Below, piece after piece: positions 7,480-16,461 of a stretch of DNA of 64,000 nucleotides (position 1 is the first letter of the stretch; every line of letters starts with the position of its first letter). Below the pieces are notes generated by a model, which saw nothing but the letters and a program-made list of their open reading frames with translations, was not told the DNA's origin and made no database searches. The position numbers were made by a program, and so were the translations under genes. The stretch covers positions 48,671 to 112,670 of the forward strand of contig JANQPH010000049.1 of the NCBI GenBank assembly GCA_028285405.1, in the 5' to 3' direction. The DNA is from Thermoleophilia bacterium (lineage in GTDB: Bacteria > Actinomycetota > Thermoleophilia > Miltoncostaeales > Miltoncostaeaceae).

Positions 7480-9513
7480 ATGACCCCGACTCCGGCGCCG
7501 ATACCGCCCGCTCGCCCTCCGCCGCGTCGCAGGCTGGCGTGGACCTCGCGCGCGCACCACCTCGCCGAGTTCGCCGCGGTGACCTACTTCCTGGCGCTGC
7601 TCTGGTTGACCGTCTGGACGTTCGCGCCGTCGGTCTTCGGCCTGAGCCCGATCGCGATCTACGGCGGCTCGATGGAGCCGGCGATCGATCGCGGCGACAT
7701 CGTTCTCCTGGACCGCAGTCCGCCCGAGGCGGCCTTCGGGCCGGGCGGCATCGTCACCTACCGCGACCCCGCCATGCCGGACAGGGTGGTGACCCACCGC
7801 ATCGTCGACGTCGCCGACGGCGGTCGCTTCGTCACCAAGGGCGACGCCAACCGGGACCGGGACTCCACCCCCCTCGCTCGGGACGAGGTCATCGGCGCGG
7901 GCCGGATCGTCGTCCCCGCGCTCGGACTCCCTCGAGTCTGGCTGACGAGCGGGGACTGGCTTCGCCTGGGCGTGTGGGGCGCCGTGACGGCCGGGGCGCT
8001 CCTGATGGTGCTGTTCCCCGCGCGCACCCGCCGTCGTGCCGGGTTGGTCGAGAACGACACGCCGCGTCCCAGGCGGGCCGGCGTGCCCAAGCCGGCAACG
8101 GTCGGCGTGTTCGCCGGCCTCGGCGTCGCGGCCGCCGCCATCGCGATCATCGGCGTGAGCGCGGCGTTCTTCAGCGGCACGACGGCCACCGCCACGTCGT
8201 TCGAGGCATCCAAGAGCCTCTACAACCCGTACCGCGACGAGGCCCTCGCCGACCTGCCGGTGGCCTACTGGCGGCTCGGAGAGCAACCACCCGCCGGCGG
8301 GTCGGTCAACTTCTTCGACGACTTCGAGACCTTCTCGGGCTGGACCAACTATCTCGCCGGCACGTTTGCCGGGTCGAGCGATGTCGCCCGGAGTGGGAGC
8401 CAGAGCGGCATCAAGACGTCCAACAACGACCCCAACGGTGGCTGGAAGAGCATCGGGGGGACCGTCGGCAACGACTGGACGCTCGAGCTCTGGACCTATC
8501 GGCCCACCGGCTGGGTGGGCGGGAACCAGACCCGGGTCGGTGTCGAGAGCGGCGCCTTCAGCGGGTACTCGTTCGGCATCGACCACAACTCCAACAGCAT
8601 CTTCATCGACCGCCGACTCGCCGGCGCGGCGACCCGCATCACCACGGCCGTGCCGATGAACCCGCCCGAGGACGCGTGGTACCGCGTGACGCTCGTGCGC
8701 AACGGGAGCTCGATCGTCGCGACGGCCTACGACTCGTTGGGCACCCAGCTCGGCCAGGCGAGCGCGACCGACGCCACGTTCGCCAGCTACGACCGGGTCG
8801 TCGTCCACGGTGGCCACCAGTTCTACGTCGACGATCTCAGCGTCGTCGGGACGGGCGGCGGTGGTGGTGCCTACCCGCCGGCGGCGGACGAGCTGCTCAC
8901 CCATTCCGGGACCTATCAGGGCTCGCCCACCCTCGGGGTGCCGGGGCTCCTCGTCGGCGATCCGAACACCGCCGTCGACCTCGATGGCGCCAATGACTGG
9001 GTCAGCATCCCGGACTCGAGCGACATCAACACCTCGACTCAGGCCCAGCGATCCGTCGAGCTCTGGTTCTCGGCCGATTCGCTGAGCGGTCGCCAGGTGC
9101 TCTGGGAGGAGGGCGGCGGCACGAACGGCCTCGCGATCTACCTGGACGGCGCGACGCTCTACGGGCGCGCCTGGTCGAAGGGCAACAACTGGAGCAATCC
9201 CCTCCAGATCACCGCGCCCGTCACCACCGGGACGCGGTTCCACGTTGTCGTGGCTCTCGACGCAACCGGCAACCTGATGACGATGTACGTCGACGGGACT
9301 GCCGTCGGGACCGCCACCAAGACGGACGGCCTCGTCCTGGCCTCCCACGGCGGCGACATCGGCATCGGGGCGCTCAACGGAGGCACCGAGTTCCACGACG
9401 GCGTCGCGTCGGGCAGCGGGCGCCAGTTCGACGGCGTCGTCGACGAGGTGGCGGTCTACAACTCCGTCCTGAGCGCCGCGCGCGTCGAGACCCACTGGGC
9501 CGCCGCCAGCTAG
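7480..9513 (+). CDS. SipW-type (S26B, ER/archaeal-type) signal peptidase I fused to a second signal-like segment and two LamG/concanavalin-like domains
   Basis: Peptidase motifs are YGGSMEPAIDRGDIV, VTHRIV and TKGDANRDRD, flanked by TM helices. At aa ~205-242, VGVFAGLGVAAAAIAIIGVSAAFFSGTTATATSFEA mimics the TasA-like signal. Two LamG-like domains follow (AYWRLGE...; DLDGANDWVSIPD...VELWF...HVVVALD...MYVDG...FDGVVDEVAVYN). No stop codon occurs anywhere in the 677 codons. Confidence 0.85.
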   Translation: MTPTPAPIPPARPPPRRRLAWTSRAHHLAEFAAVTYFLALLWLTVWTFAPSVFGLSPIAIYGGSMEPAIDRGDIVLLDRSPPEAAFGPGGIVTYRDPAMPDRVVTHRIVDVADGGRFVTKGDANRDRDSTPLARDEVIGAGRIVVPALGLPRVWLTSGDWLRLGVWGAVTAGALLMVLFPARTRRRAGLVENDTPRPRRAGVPKPATVGVFAGLGVAAAAIAIIGVSAAFFSGTTATATSFEASKSLYNPYRDEALADLPVAYWRLGEQPPAGGSVNFFDDFETFSGWTNYLAGTFAGSSDVARSGSQSGIKTSNNDPNGGWKSIGGTVGNDWTLELWTYRPTGWVGGNQTRVGVESGAFSGYSFGIDHNSNSIFIDRRLAGAATRITTAVPMNPPEDAWYRVTLVRNGSSIVATAYDSLGTQLGQASATDATFASYDRVVVHGGHQFYVDDLSVVGTGGGGGAYPPAADELLTHSGTYQGSPTLGVPGLLVGDPNTAVDLDGANDWVSIPDSSDINTSTQAQRSVELWFSADSLSGRQVLWEEGGGTNGLAIYLDGATLYGRAWSKGNNWSNPLQITAPVTTGTRFHVVVALDATGNLMTMYVDGTAVGTATKTDGLVLASHGGDIGIGALNGGTEFHDGVASGSGRQFDGVVDEVAVYNSVLSAARVETHWAAAS

Positions 9514-9545
9514 GGGTCGGAGGGCGGGACCGAACCCATCTGGAC

Positions 9546-10889
9546 CTACTTCGGCTCTGGCACCACCGGCGGCGGCTCCCAGGGTCCATCGAGGGCCGCC
9601 GGCTCGGGCCAGTAGATCCGGAGCGCGAGGTAGAAGGGCCCGGTCGGCGCAGGCAACCAGTTCGCCGCGGCGACGGCGTCGTCGGGTCGCGTGTTCTGGA
9701 TGTGGATCGTCAACGATCCGTCGTCGCCGAGGACGAGGCCTTGGGTCGTCGAGTTGATCAGGTATCGGTCGATCGGGTTGTCGACGAGGTACCCGGCGAC
9801 CCCGTCGTAGGACGTGTCGTAGAGCGTGACCGACCAGAAGGCCTTCGCCGGCGGTGGGGTGGCAAACCGAAGCGTGTAGCGGCGACTGCCATCGAGCTGT
9901 TGCTCCTTCGAGTCGATTCGGGTGAGTGGGTACGACGCCTCGGCGCGATCGTTGCCCCCCCAGCCCGCCATGGCACCCGCTGCCCGCAACAGGTAGTCGC
10001 CACCGAAGAAGACGCGATCTCCGAAGGCGTCCGATGCGGTCCACCCGTTGACCGTCCGACCCAGGTGCTTGGCACGATCGGCGATCTTGCTCCGCGCCGA
10101 CTCGACTCCCGAGCGGATGGCGTCACGACTCTCTGCCCCGAGCGCCTCGGCCTCGAAGGGACGCCTCGGCCCGATCCCGATCCTCGAGAACCGCTCCAGC
10201 AGCTCCTGCTCAGATTGCGGTGGCGGTCGGCACCAGTCGAGCAGGACGTTCAAGTACCCGATGAACCGCTCGTCGCGTGACGCGGCATCGTCCCAGGCGG
10301 GCCAGTCCACGAGTGCTGCCGGGCTCGGTGCACCTGCTCCCGTGAGCGCGGACAGCGGCGTCAGCCGGTAGCCGCTCATGACGTCGCCCAAGCGGTCGTC
10401 GTCGGGCCCGAGGAGCTGCGTGCGACCGATGACGAAGGCGAGGTTGGTCTCGAGAGGGAGCACGCGGTCGACCTGGCTCGGGACTTCTCCACTCCACGCG
10501 GGTCCGGCGAGCGCGTAACGCCCGGCCTCCTGGCCCGTTGCCCGAGAGCCGACGTAGTGTGCGTTCTGCCCGAAGAGATCCTCGATCTGCATGACGTAGT
10601 ACCGGTCTCGGACCGCGGGGACCTCGAGGACGATCGGCTCGGCGCGTAGGTCGACAGTTGCGAGTGAGTACGGCGTATCGGCGTTCGGTGTGATGACGTC
10701 CCGAAAGCTCGGGCCGAGGGTGATGGGCTCTCCCGTGAATGTGTTGAGTGGTCCGCGGTAGCCGGGAGAGGTGGGGACGATGAACGCACCGAACGCGTAG
10801 CGGTAACCCATGAGCATCGGGAACGCGTAGACGTAGGCGTCCTCGGCGATGGCCGAGATCTCTTCGAGGATTGGGGCGGAGTCCGTCAC
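9546..10889 (-). CDS. DUF1254/DUF1214 domain-containing protein
   Basis: The N-terminus AEDAYVYAFPMLMGYRY...NADTPYSLATVDLRAEPIVLEVPAVRDRYYVMQIEDLF is typical of DUF1254. The C-terminal half (GGDYLLRAAGAMAGWGGN...FWSVTLYD...NWLPAP) is typical of DUF1214. The start is GTG. Confidence 0.8.
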   Translation of the reverse strand: MTDSAPILEEISAIAEDAYVYAFPMLMGYRYAFGAFIVPTSPGYRGPLNTFTGEPITLGPSFRDVITPNADTPYSLATVDLRAEPIVLEVPAVRDRYYVMQIEDLFGQNAHYVGSRATGQEAGRYALAGPAWSGEVPSQVDRVLPLETNLAFVIGRTQLLGPDDDRLGDVMSGYRLTPLSALTGAGAPSPAALVDWPAWDDAASRDERFIGYLNVLLDWCRPPPQSEQELLERFSRIGIGPRRPFEAEALGAESRDAIRSGVESARSKIADRAKHLGRTVNGWTASDAFGDRVFFGGDYLLRAAGAMAGWGGNDRAEASYPLTRIDSKEQQLDGSRRYTLRFATPPPAKAFWSVTLYDTSYDGVAGYLVDNPIDRYLINSTTQGLVLGDDGSLTIHIQNTRPDDAVAAANWLPAPTGPFYLALRIYWPEPAALDGPWEPPPVVPEPK

Positions 10890-11116
10890 CGATTCCCCTC
10901 GTGGCTGGTGTCAGGGGTGGCGATAGCTGGGTTCCCCGAGAGGCTATCGACGCTCGTCGCCGACTCGTGCGGCTCGCCATCAAGCTCTTGGAGGCGACCT
11001 CTGGGTATCGCGTGCGCCAGGGTGGTGGCGAACACGGCGAGGATCGCGCACCGTCGGCGGTAGAGGCGCGAGAGCCGGTAGCGACGACGGCCTCTCGTAG
11101 AACGGCTTCTCGAGAA

Positions 11117-11189
<73 letters not shown>

Positions 11190-11247
11190 ACGGGCATCTT
11201 AGCCAGCTGTCGCAAGACCCCGAGCCCGCAGGGGCTCGGGAGGGACG

Positions 11248-11832
11248 CTAGCCCCCGTCCGCCTGTGTGGGCGCGGCGGCTGGGGGTGGCTCTCCGTCGG
11301 CGATGCCCTCGAGCCGGTCTCGCACGTCGGCGGCGAGGACGCCGTCCGGCGAGAGCTGGAGATATCGCTGGTACGCCAGCCGTGCCTGGTTGGTCTGGCC
11401 GGCCTGATCTGCGAACTGCCCGAGGACCACGAAGCCGTCGGCGTTCTGCGGGTTGGCCTTCGTGAAGGCCTGGAGCGACTCGACGGCCCCCGGCAGGTCT
11501 CCGGCGTTGCGCTGGGCGACCACGAGCGTCTGCGTGAGGTCGAAGTCGTTCGGATCGAGCTTGACCGCCTGCTGGGCGGCCTCGACCGCCTCCTCAGTGT
11601 TGCCGTCCTGGATCTCCGCGGTGGCGAGGGCGGCCCACCCTTGAGGGTTCTGCGGATCTGCGTCGATCTGCTCCTGGGCGATCTCGCGCAGATCCGGGTT
11701 CTGGGAGCTGCTCCCGCCCCCGCCGAAGACGATGAAGCCGACCACGATGAAGATGACGCCGATGAAGGCGATCGAGGTCAGGATGGCCACAACCTGGACC
11801 ATGCGCTTGGTTCGCTTCTGATCCAGCAGCAC
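11248..11832 (-). CDS. Membrane-anchored tetratricopeptide (TPR) repeat protein
   Basis: An N-terminal TM helix (VQVVAILTSIAFIGVIFIVVGFIVF) is followed by TPR-like helices (GWAALATAEIQDGNTEEAVEAAQQAVKLDPND...; AVESLQAFTKANPQNADGFVVLGQFADQAGQTNQARLAYQRYLQLSP). Confidence 0.75.
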   Translation of the reverse strand: MLLDQKRTKRMVQVVAILTSIAFIGVIFIVVGFIVFGGGGSSSQNPDLREIAQEQIDADPQNPQGWAALATAEIQDGNTEEAVEAAQQAVKLDPNDFDLTQTLVVAQRNAGDLPGAVESLQAFTKANPQNADGFVVLGQFADQAGQTNQARLAYQRYLQLSPDGVLAADVRDRLEGIADGEPPPAAAPTQADGG

Positions 11833-11841
11833 GAGGTGATG

Positions 11842-13179
11842 CTAGCGGAGCCCTGCCCGCTCCCGATCGGCCTCGGAGACGATGGAACAGGCGTCGAGCG
11901 CGACGGGACCGGAGCGCTCGAGCAGCGTCCTGCCGGCGACGGCAACCCGCACGACTGGGGCGTCGGCGTCGAAGAGCGAGCGGGCCGGGTCGGCATCGGT
12001 TCGGCTGTCGCCCGGTGGCTCGATCGCAACGAGATCGGCGGCCGCACCCACCTCCAGCGCTCCGACGTCTGTGAGGCCGAGTGCGCGGGCGCCGGCGTGT
12101 GTCGCCATCTCGAGCAGCTGGTCCCAGCTCGGCGGGGAGCTCGAGTCCGCGGTGGCGCCGGCCCGGGCCGCTCTGGCCTCCGCGCGGATGTCGTAGGCGC
12201 CGCCGCTTGCGGGGCTGTCGCTGCCGAGCCCGACCACGACGCCGGCGTCCGCGAGCGTGCGCAGCGGCGCCGCGCCGCACTCGAGAAACGCGTTGGAGCG
12301 CGGGCAGTGGGCGACGGCGACGTCGTGGTCCGCCAGCGTCGCCGCGTCGCCTGTCGCGAGCTGCACGCCGTGCGCCGCCAGGTCGAGCTGATCGAGCGCT
12401 CCGTGTGCGTCCAGACGAGCGACCGGCGAGCTTCCGGGCGGCGCGGACCACCGTCCCGGCTCGATGCCGGCCGAGTCGAACAGCTCTGCCATCGGGCCCG
12501 ATCCGTCGTCGAGGAGCCGCACCTCCGCGGCCGACTCGGCGACGTGGCTCGTCCACCAGCGCCCTGCCGCGGTCGCGTCTGCCGCCAGCGCCTCCCAGAG
12601 CCCGGGACCGACCGAATACGGGGCGTGCGGCGCCAGGCCGATCGAGACGCGCTCGTTCGATGCGCGCTCCAGCTCGGCAAGCCGCTCCGCCGTCCGTTCC
12701 GCGGAGGCCGTGGCGTCGGGTCCGACCTCGCGCCCGACCACCTCGAGCGCCACGACCCCGCGCAGGCCGGCCTCGTGCAGGGCGCCGACGCCAGCGCCGG
12801 TCGGGCCGCTGTCGGCCACCGTCGTCGTTCCGTGCTCGAGGCAGCGAAGTGCTCCGAGCTGCGCGGCGATCGTGTGCGTATCGTCCCCATAGCGCCCCCG
12901 GATCGGGAGCATCTGCGCGAGCCAGTCGGTGAACGCTCCCGCGCGGAGCAGCCCACCGAGCAGGCTCCACTCCAGGTGGCAGTGGCAGTCGACGAACCCC
13001 GGGCAGATCACGGCGTCGCCGAGGTCCACCTGAGGGATGTCCCGGTGCGCTCGCGCGACGTCCTCCGCGGGGCCGCACGCGACGATCGTCCCGTCGCGGA
13101 ACGCGACCGCGCCATCGCGGATGGGGTCAGCGGTGACGGGCAGCACCCAACGTGCCCGCCAGCATTCGGTTCTCGCCAC
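11842..13179 (-). CDS. Amidohydrolase-superfamily deaminase (MtaD/aminofutalosine-deaminase-like)
   Basis: The start WVLPVTADPIRDGAVAFRDGTIVACG...VICPGFVDCHCHLEWS carries the HxH metal motif. Later segments LGSDSPAS and AHCPRSN are also present. The specific substrate cannot be assigned from sequence alone. Confidence 0.8.
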   Translation of the reverse strand: MARTECWRARWVLPVTADPIRDGAVAFRDGTIVACGPAEDVARAHRDIPQVDLGDAVICPGFVDCHCHLEWSLLGGLLRAGAFTDWLAQMLPIRGRYGDDTHTIAAQLGALRCLEHGTTTVADSGPTGAGVGALHEAGLRGVVALEVVGREVGPDATASAERTAERLAELERASNERVSIGLAPHAPYSVGPGLWEALAADATAAGRWWTSHVAESAAEVRLLDDGSGPMAELFDSAGIEPGRWSAPPGSSPVARLDAHGALDQLDLAAHGVQLATGDAATLADHDVAVAHCPRSNAFLECGAAPLRTLADAGVVVGLGSDSPASGGAYDIRAEARAARAGATADSSSPPSWDQLLEMATHAGARALGLTDVGALEVGAAADLVAIEPPGDSRTDADPARSLFDADAPVVRVAVAGRTLLERSGPVALDACSIVSEADRERAGLR

Positions 13180-13217
13180 GCGCTCGGTCAGCTCACCCGG
13201 GGAGGGCGATCGGCCGA

Positions 13218-13496
13218 CTAGGTCTTGGTTTCCTGTTTCTCGCGCTCGGCCGCGTGGTCAGCGCCGGAGGTGGAGCCGGTGTCTCCGTCTCCCAGCTCCT
13301 CGACGCTCTCGACCTCAGCCTTGGCTGAGTCGGACGGGGGCTCGTTCGCCTTGCCGTCACCCGTGATTCCGTCCTTGAACTCGCGGGCGCTCGATCCCAG
13401 CGACCGCCCGATCTCGGGCAACCGCTTGGCGCCGAAGATCACCAGCAGGATCAGCAGGATCAGAACGAGCTGTAGCGGCCCGATGTTGAAGGGCAC
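13218..13496 (-). CDS. tatA: Twin-arginine translocase subunit TatA/E
   Basis: VPFNIGPLQLVLILLILLVIFGAKRLPEIGRSLGSSAREFKDG is the canonical TatA TM helix plus amphipathic helix, followed by an acidic tail. GTG 13496 is preceded by GGAGG with a 7-nt spacer. The ORF track extends further upstream, which I consider spurious. Confidence 0.85.
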   Translation of the reverse strand: MPFNIGPLQLVLILLILLVIFGAKRLPEIGRSLGSSAREFKDGITGDGKANEPPSDSAKAEVESVEELGDGDTGSTSGADHAAEREKQETKT

Positions 13497-13614
13497 GAAT
13501 GGACCTCCGAATCGGCCTTCCGTGCGCACGGTAGCATGGCCAAGTGGGAGGGTCGGCCGCCGATGAGCATCGGCGGACGCGGCACGCCCGTAGCTCCTCC
13601 TGGCAGATCTTGCT

Positions 13615-14025
13615 GTGACAGAAACGGCGCTGGCCGCCCCCCCACGTTCTCTCAGCTTCCTCGCTTCGGCCTGGGGTGGGCTGGCGGGCGCGATCGGCCT
13701 CATGATCGGGCTTGCGCTGGGCTCGACGGCCCGAGACGTCGTCGTGGGAATCGCGTTCGTCGTCGCCGGCGCGATCGCCGCGACCCGAGCTCCGCGTCGG
13801 CCGGTCCTGCATGCCGTGCTGGGAGCGGCGTTCGGCTACGCGATCTTCGCGGTCTTCATCCTGTTGGCGAACGTCATCTCGCAGCTCGGCGGCCCCGATG
13901 CCCCCGAGTTCTCGGAGTCGGGATCGCAAGCGGGGGTGATCACCGCAGTTTGGGCCGTCGGCGGCTGCGTGGTCGGAGGCGTCGCGGGGATCTGGCTGAG
14001 CCCGAGGCGCCCACGTCGGCGCTGA
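13615..14025 (+). CDS. Hypothetical membrane protein (about 4 TM)
   Basis: Hydrophobic helices are present (GGLAGAIGLMIGLALG, VVVGIAFVVAGAIAA, LGAAFGYAIFAVFILLANVI, VITAVWAVGGCVVGGVAGIWL) with a basic C-terminus. GC3 is high. No homology was recognised. Confidence 0.5.
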   Translation: MTETALAAPPRSLSFLASAWGGLAGAIGLMIGLALGSTARDVVVGIAFVVAGAIAATRAPRRPVLHAVLGAAFGYAIFAVFILLANVISQLGGPDAPEFSESGSQAGVITAVWAVGGCVVGGVAGIWLSPRRPRRR

Positions 14026-14037
14026 CGCCCGGAGCGA

Positions 14038-15099
14038 TCAGGCGAGGAGGGGGCGTGCCGCCGCGTCGGCGACCCGATCGGCCTCGAAGCTCGACCGCAC
14101 GAGTGGTCCGGCCTCGACGTGGCCGAGCCCGAGCCGCTCACCGTCGGCCGCAAGCGCGGGGTACTCGGCCGGCGCGTAGTAGCGGGTGACGGGGAGGTGG
14201 GCCGGCGAGGGGCGCAGGTACTGCCCAACCGTCACGAGCTCGCAGCCGACCCCCGCGAGATCGCTGAAGACCTCGCGGATCTCCCCCAGCTCCTCGCCGA
14301 GCCCGACCATGATGCCGCTCTTGGTCGGAAGGCCGCTCGACGCCGAGCGGGCCAGCAGCTCGAGCGTCCGCTCGTAGCGGGCTCCCGGGCGAACGAGCTG
14401 GTAGAGCCGCGGCACGGTCTCCGTGTTGTGGTTCAGCACGTCGGGGCGGGCATCGAGGATGGCGTCGAGCGCGTCCCAGGATCCGCGAAGGTCCGGGATC
14501 AGGACCTCGACCCGGCACTCGGGAAGCCGCTCGCGGATCGCCCGGATGGTCGCCGCGAAGTGGGCGGCCCCGCCGTCAGGCATGTCATCGCGGGCGACCG
14601 CGGTGACGACCACGAACGAGAGCCCCATCTCGGCCGCTGCCTCGGCCACTCGGCGGGGCTCGTCGGGATCGGGCGGACCCACCGGGCGCGCGGTAGCCAC
14701 GTTGCAGAACCTGCAGCCCCGGGTGCAGTTGGCTCCGGCGATCATGAACGTCGCGGTCCCGCGGGCCCAGCACCGGCCGATGTTCGGGCAGGCGGCCTCC
14801 TCGCACACGGTGGTGAGGCTCGAGTCGCGCATCAGCGCCTTGGTCTGGACGAACCCGTCCGACAGGGGGTTCTTGGCGATCACCCAGCGCGGCAGCCGCG
14901 TTCCGGACGTCAGCTGGGCGAGCTCGGACGGGGTCACGTCGACCACGTCGAGCGCGTCGATCGGGCCGTCCCCGACGAGGAGATCGCCGATCAGGACGTC
15001 GGGCACCGCCCCACGAGCTCTCGCGTCGGAGACCTCGGCCACCAGCTCGTCCGTCTGCTCGATGTCAACCGCAAAGGCGCGGGCGTCGCTCACTGCCAC
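14038..15099 (-). CDS. lipA: Lipoyl synthase
   Basis: Both cluster motifs are present: VCEEAACPNIGRCW and ANCTRGCRFCNV (radical SAM CxxxCxxC). The C-terminal segment is SGIMVGLGE...VTVGQYLRPS. The start is uncertain: GTG 15099 gives about 65 aa ahead of the usual RLPRWV (KPEWL-like) segment. Confidence 0.9.
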   Translation of the reverse strand: MAVSDARAFAVDIEQTDELVAEVSDARARGAVPDVLIGDLLVGDGPIDALDVVDVTPSELAQLTSGTRLPRWVIAKNPLSDGFVQTKALMRDSSLTTVCEEAACPNIGRCWARGTATFMIAGANCTRGCRFCNVATARPVGPPDPDEPRRVAEAAAEMGLSFVVVTAVARDDMPDGGAAHFAATIRAIRERLPECRVEVLIPDLRGSWDALDAILDARPDVLNHNTETVPRLYQLVRPGARYERTLELLARSASSGLPTKSGIMVGLGEELGEIREVFSDLAGVGCELVTVGQYLRPSPAHLPVTRYYAPAEYPALAADGERLGLGHVEAGPLVRSSFEADRVADAAARPLLA

Positions 15100-15167
15100 A
15101 CCGTAGCCGAGAAGGCGATCGTCGAGCCTCCGAGGACGCCCGTCGAATGGGATAGCCTCGGCCGGCG

Positions 15168-15722
15168 ATGGTCCTCTCCGACCGAACTATCCGCGAGCAG
15201 CTCGCCGCCGGGCGGCTCGTCATCGACCCGTACGACAGCAGCCTGGTCCAGCCGTCGTCGGTGGACGTCCGCGTCAGCAACGCGTTCCGCGTCTTCCACA
15301 ACAGCCGGCAGCCCTACATCGACGTGCGCCAGCCGGCCGACGACCTCACCGAGCTGGTCGAGGTCGCCGAGGGCGAGGCGTTCATGCTCCACCCGGGAGA
15401 GTTCGTCCTCGGCTCGACCCTCGAGCGCATCGTCATCCCCGACGATCTCGTGGCTCGGCTCGAGGGCAAGTCGAGCCTGGGTCGCCTCGGGCTCCTGATC
15501 CACTCGACCGCCGGCTACATCGACCCGGGTTGGGACGGGATGATCACGCTCGAGCTGTCGAACGTGGCCAACCTGCCGATCACCATCTATCCGGGCATGC
15601 CCATCGGGCAGATCTCGTTCCTGCAGCTCACGACCGCGGTCGACGAGGCGTACTCAGGGAAGTACCTGGGTCAGGACGGTCCCACGGCGAGCGCGTTCCA
15701 CCGCGAGTTCGAGAAAAAGTGA
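15168..15722 (+). CDS. dcd: dCTP deaminase
   Basis: [23 protein letters not shown]...[10 protein letters not shown]...[33 protein letters not shown] is a canonical Dcd sequence. Confidence 0.9.
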   Translation: MVLSDRTIREQLAAGRLVIDPYDSSLVQPSSVDVRVSNAFRVFHNSRQPYIDVRQPADDLTELVEVAEGEAFMLHPGEFVLGSTLERIVIPDDLVARLEGKSSLGRLGLLIHSTAGYIDPGWDGMITLELSNVANLPITIYPGMPIGQISFLQLTTAVDEAYSGKYLGQDGPTASAFHREFEKK

Positions 15723-15849
15723 GCGCCCACCGAGAGCGGTTGGCGCCGAGCGCCAACCGGTCGCAGGTGTTGGCGCGAGAGGACGCAGCTGGGTCCGGAC
15801 GACCCAGACCGTCCGGTTGTCCGTGAAGTGAGCGCCCACCGAGAGCGGT
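15717..15849 (+). repeat. Perfect 24-nt direct repeat flanking an 85-nt hairpin-rich insert at the dcd stop codon
   Basis: aagtgagcgcccaccgagagcggt occurs at 15717-15740 (this copy contains the dcd TGA) and again at 15826-15849. The sequence between them contains the hairpin ggttggcgc-cga-gcgccaacc and other short inverted repeats. Confidence 0.85.
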
Positions 15850-15858
15850 CTGCTCTCG
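15840..15858. terminator. Candidate bidirectional terminator hairpin between the convergent dcd gene and the zinc-ribbon gene
   Basis: cgagagc-ggtct-gctctcg forms a 7-bp stem with a 5-nt loop. There is no U-tract, which is common in high-GC genomes. Confidence 0.3.
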
Positions 15859-15868
15859 AAGATCGGGC

Positions 15869-16279
15869 TTAGAAATCCATGGGCTCGATCTCGCCGCCGT
15901 TCATCGCCGTGATGAACCGCTCGACATCGGCCTCCATGTTGGCCCGCGAGGCTGAGCGCAGGGCGTTGAGCATCGCCTCCGTGCCGTCGTTCAGGACGTC
16001 GTCGAACGCCTCGACGATGCGCTGACCGAACTCACCGGAGCCACGCCACTCGCAGTCGGGGCAGCGGAGGTTGAGCTTCCACGTGTCACCGACGCGCTCC
16101 TCCCACGACACCGGGTAGACGAGCTGTCCGCTGCAGCTCGGACAGACCTGGGGCGTGTCCTCGCAGGGCGGAGGCTCCTCGATCCCCGGGTGCTCGGGTC
16201 GAGCCGGCTGGCTCGCCGGGAAGACCCGCACCACTCGGCCGTCTGGCAGCGTGAAGTGCTCTGTGGACTCGTCGCTCAT
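15869..16279 (-). CDS. Hypothetical zinc-ribbon protein
   Basis: The start is ATG at 16279 (MSDESTEHFTL...). Two CxxC pairs are present (CPSCSG...CPDCEW). No family was recognised. The upstream extension in the ORF track is R/P/A-rich and probably spurious. Confidence 0.6.
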   Translation of the reverse strand: MSDESTEHFTLPDGRVVRVFPASQPARPEHPGIEEPPPCEDTPQVCPSCSGQLVYPVSWEERVGDTWKLNLRCPDCEWRGSGEFGQRIVEAFDDVLNDGTEAMLNALRSASRANMEADVERFITAMNGGEIEPMDF

Positions 16280-16461
16280 CTGCTCGCTTCTCGTGTGGGC
16301 GCCCGCCGCAGGTCGGGGCGGGACTGCCCTCTCTATCGGCGGGGAGCGCTGACCCTTGAGCGACTTCGCCCTTGTCTTTGCGGTGGCAATCGGCGCCTCG
16401 AGCGCGCTCGCCGGTCGCCTGGCCACCTCCGATCCCGATCCCGCTGCTAGCCTCGGCGCCG

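Noticed and set aside
6742-10044. A 1100-aa ORF on the minus strand spanning the TasA-like, SipW-LamG and part of the DUF1254 region.
   Set aside because: The translation is R/G/P/A/D-rich low complexity with no recognisable domains. It lies antisense to two plus-strand genes with clear homology and continues out of frame over the minus-strand DUF1254/DUF1214 gene. This is a typical stop-poor shadow ORF of ~70% GC DNA.
14900-15099. The ~65-aa N-terminal extension of LipA as a novel fused domain.
   Set aside because: The start codon is probably over-called. The extension is acidic and Val-rich without motifs, and I cannot tell it apart from 5' leader translation without ortholog alignments.
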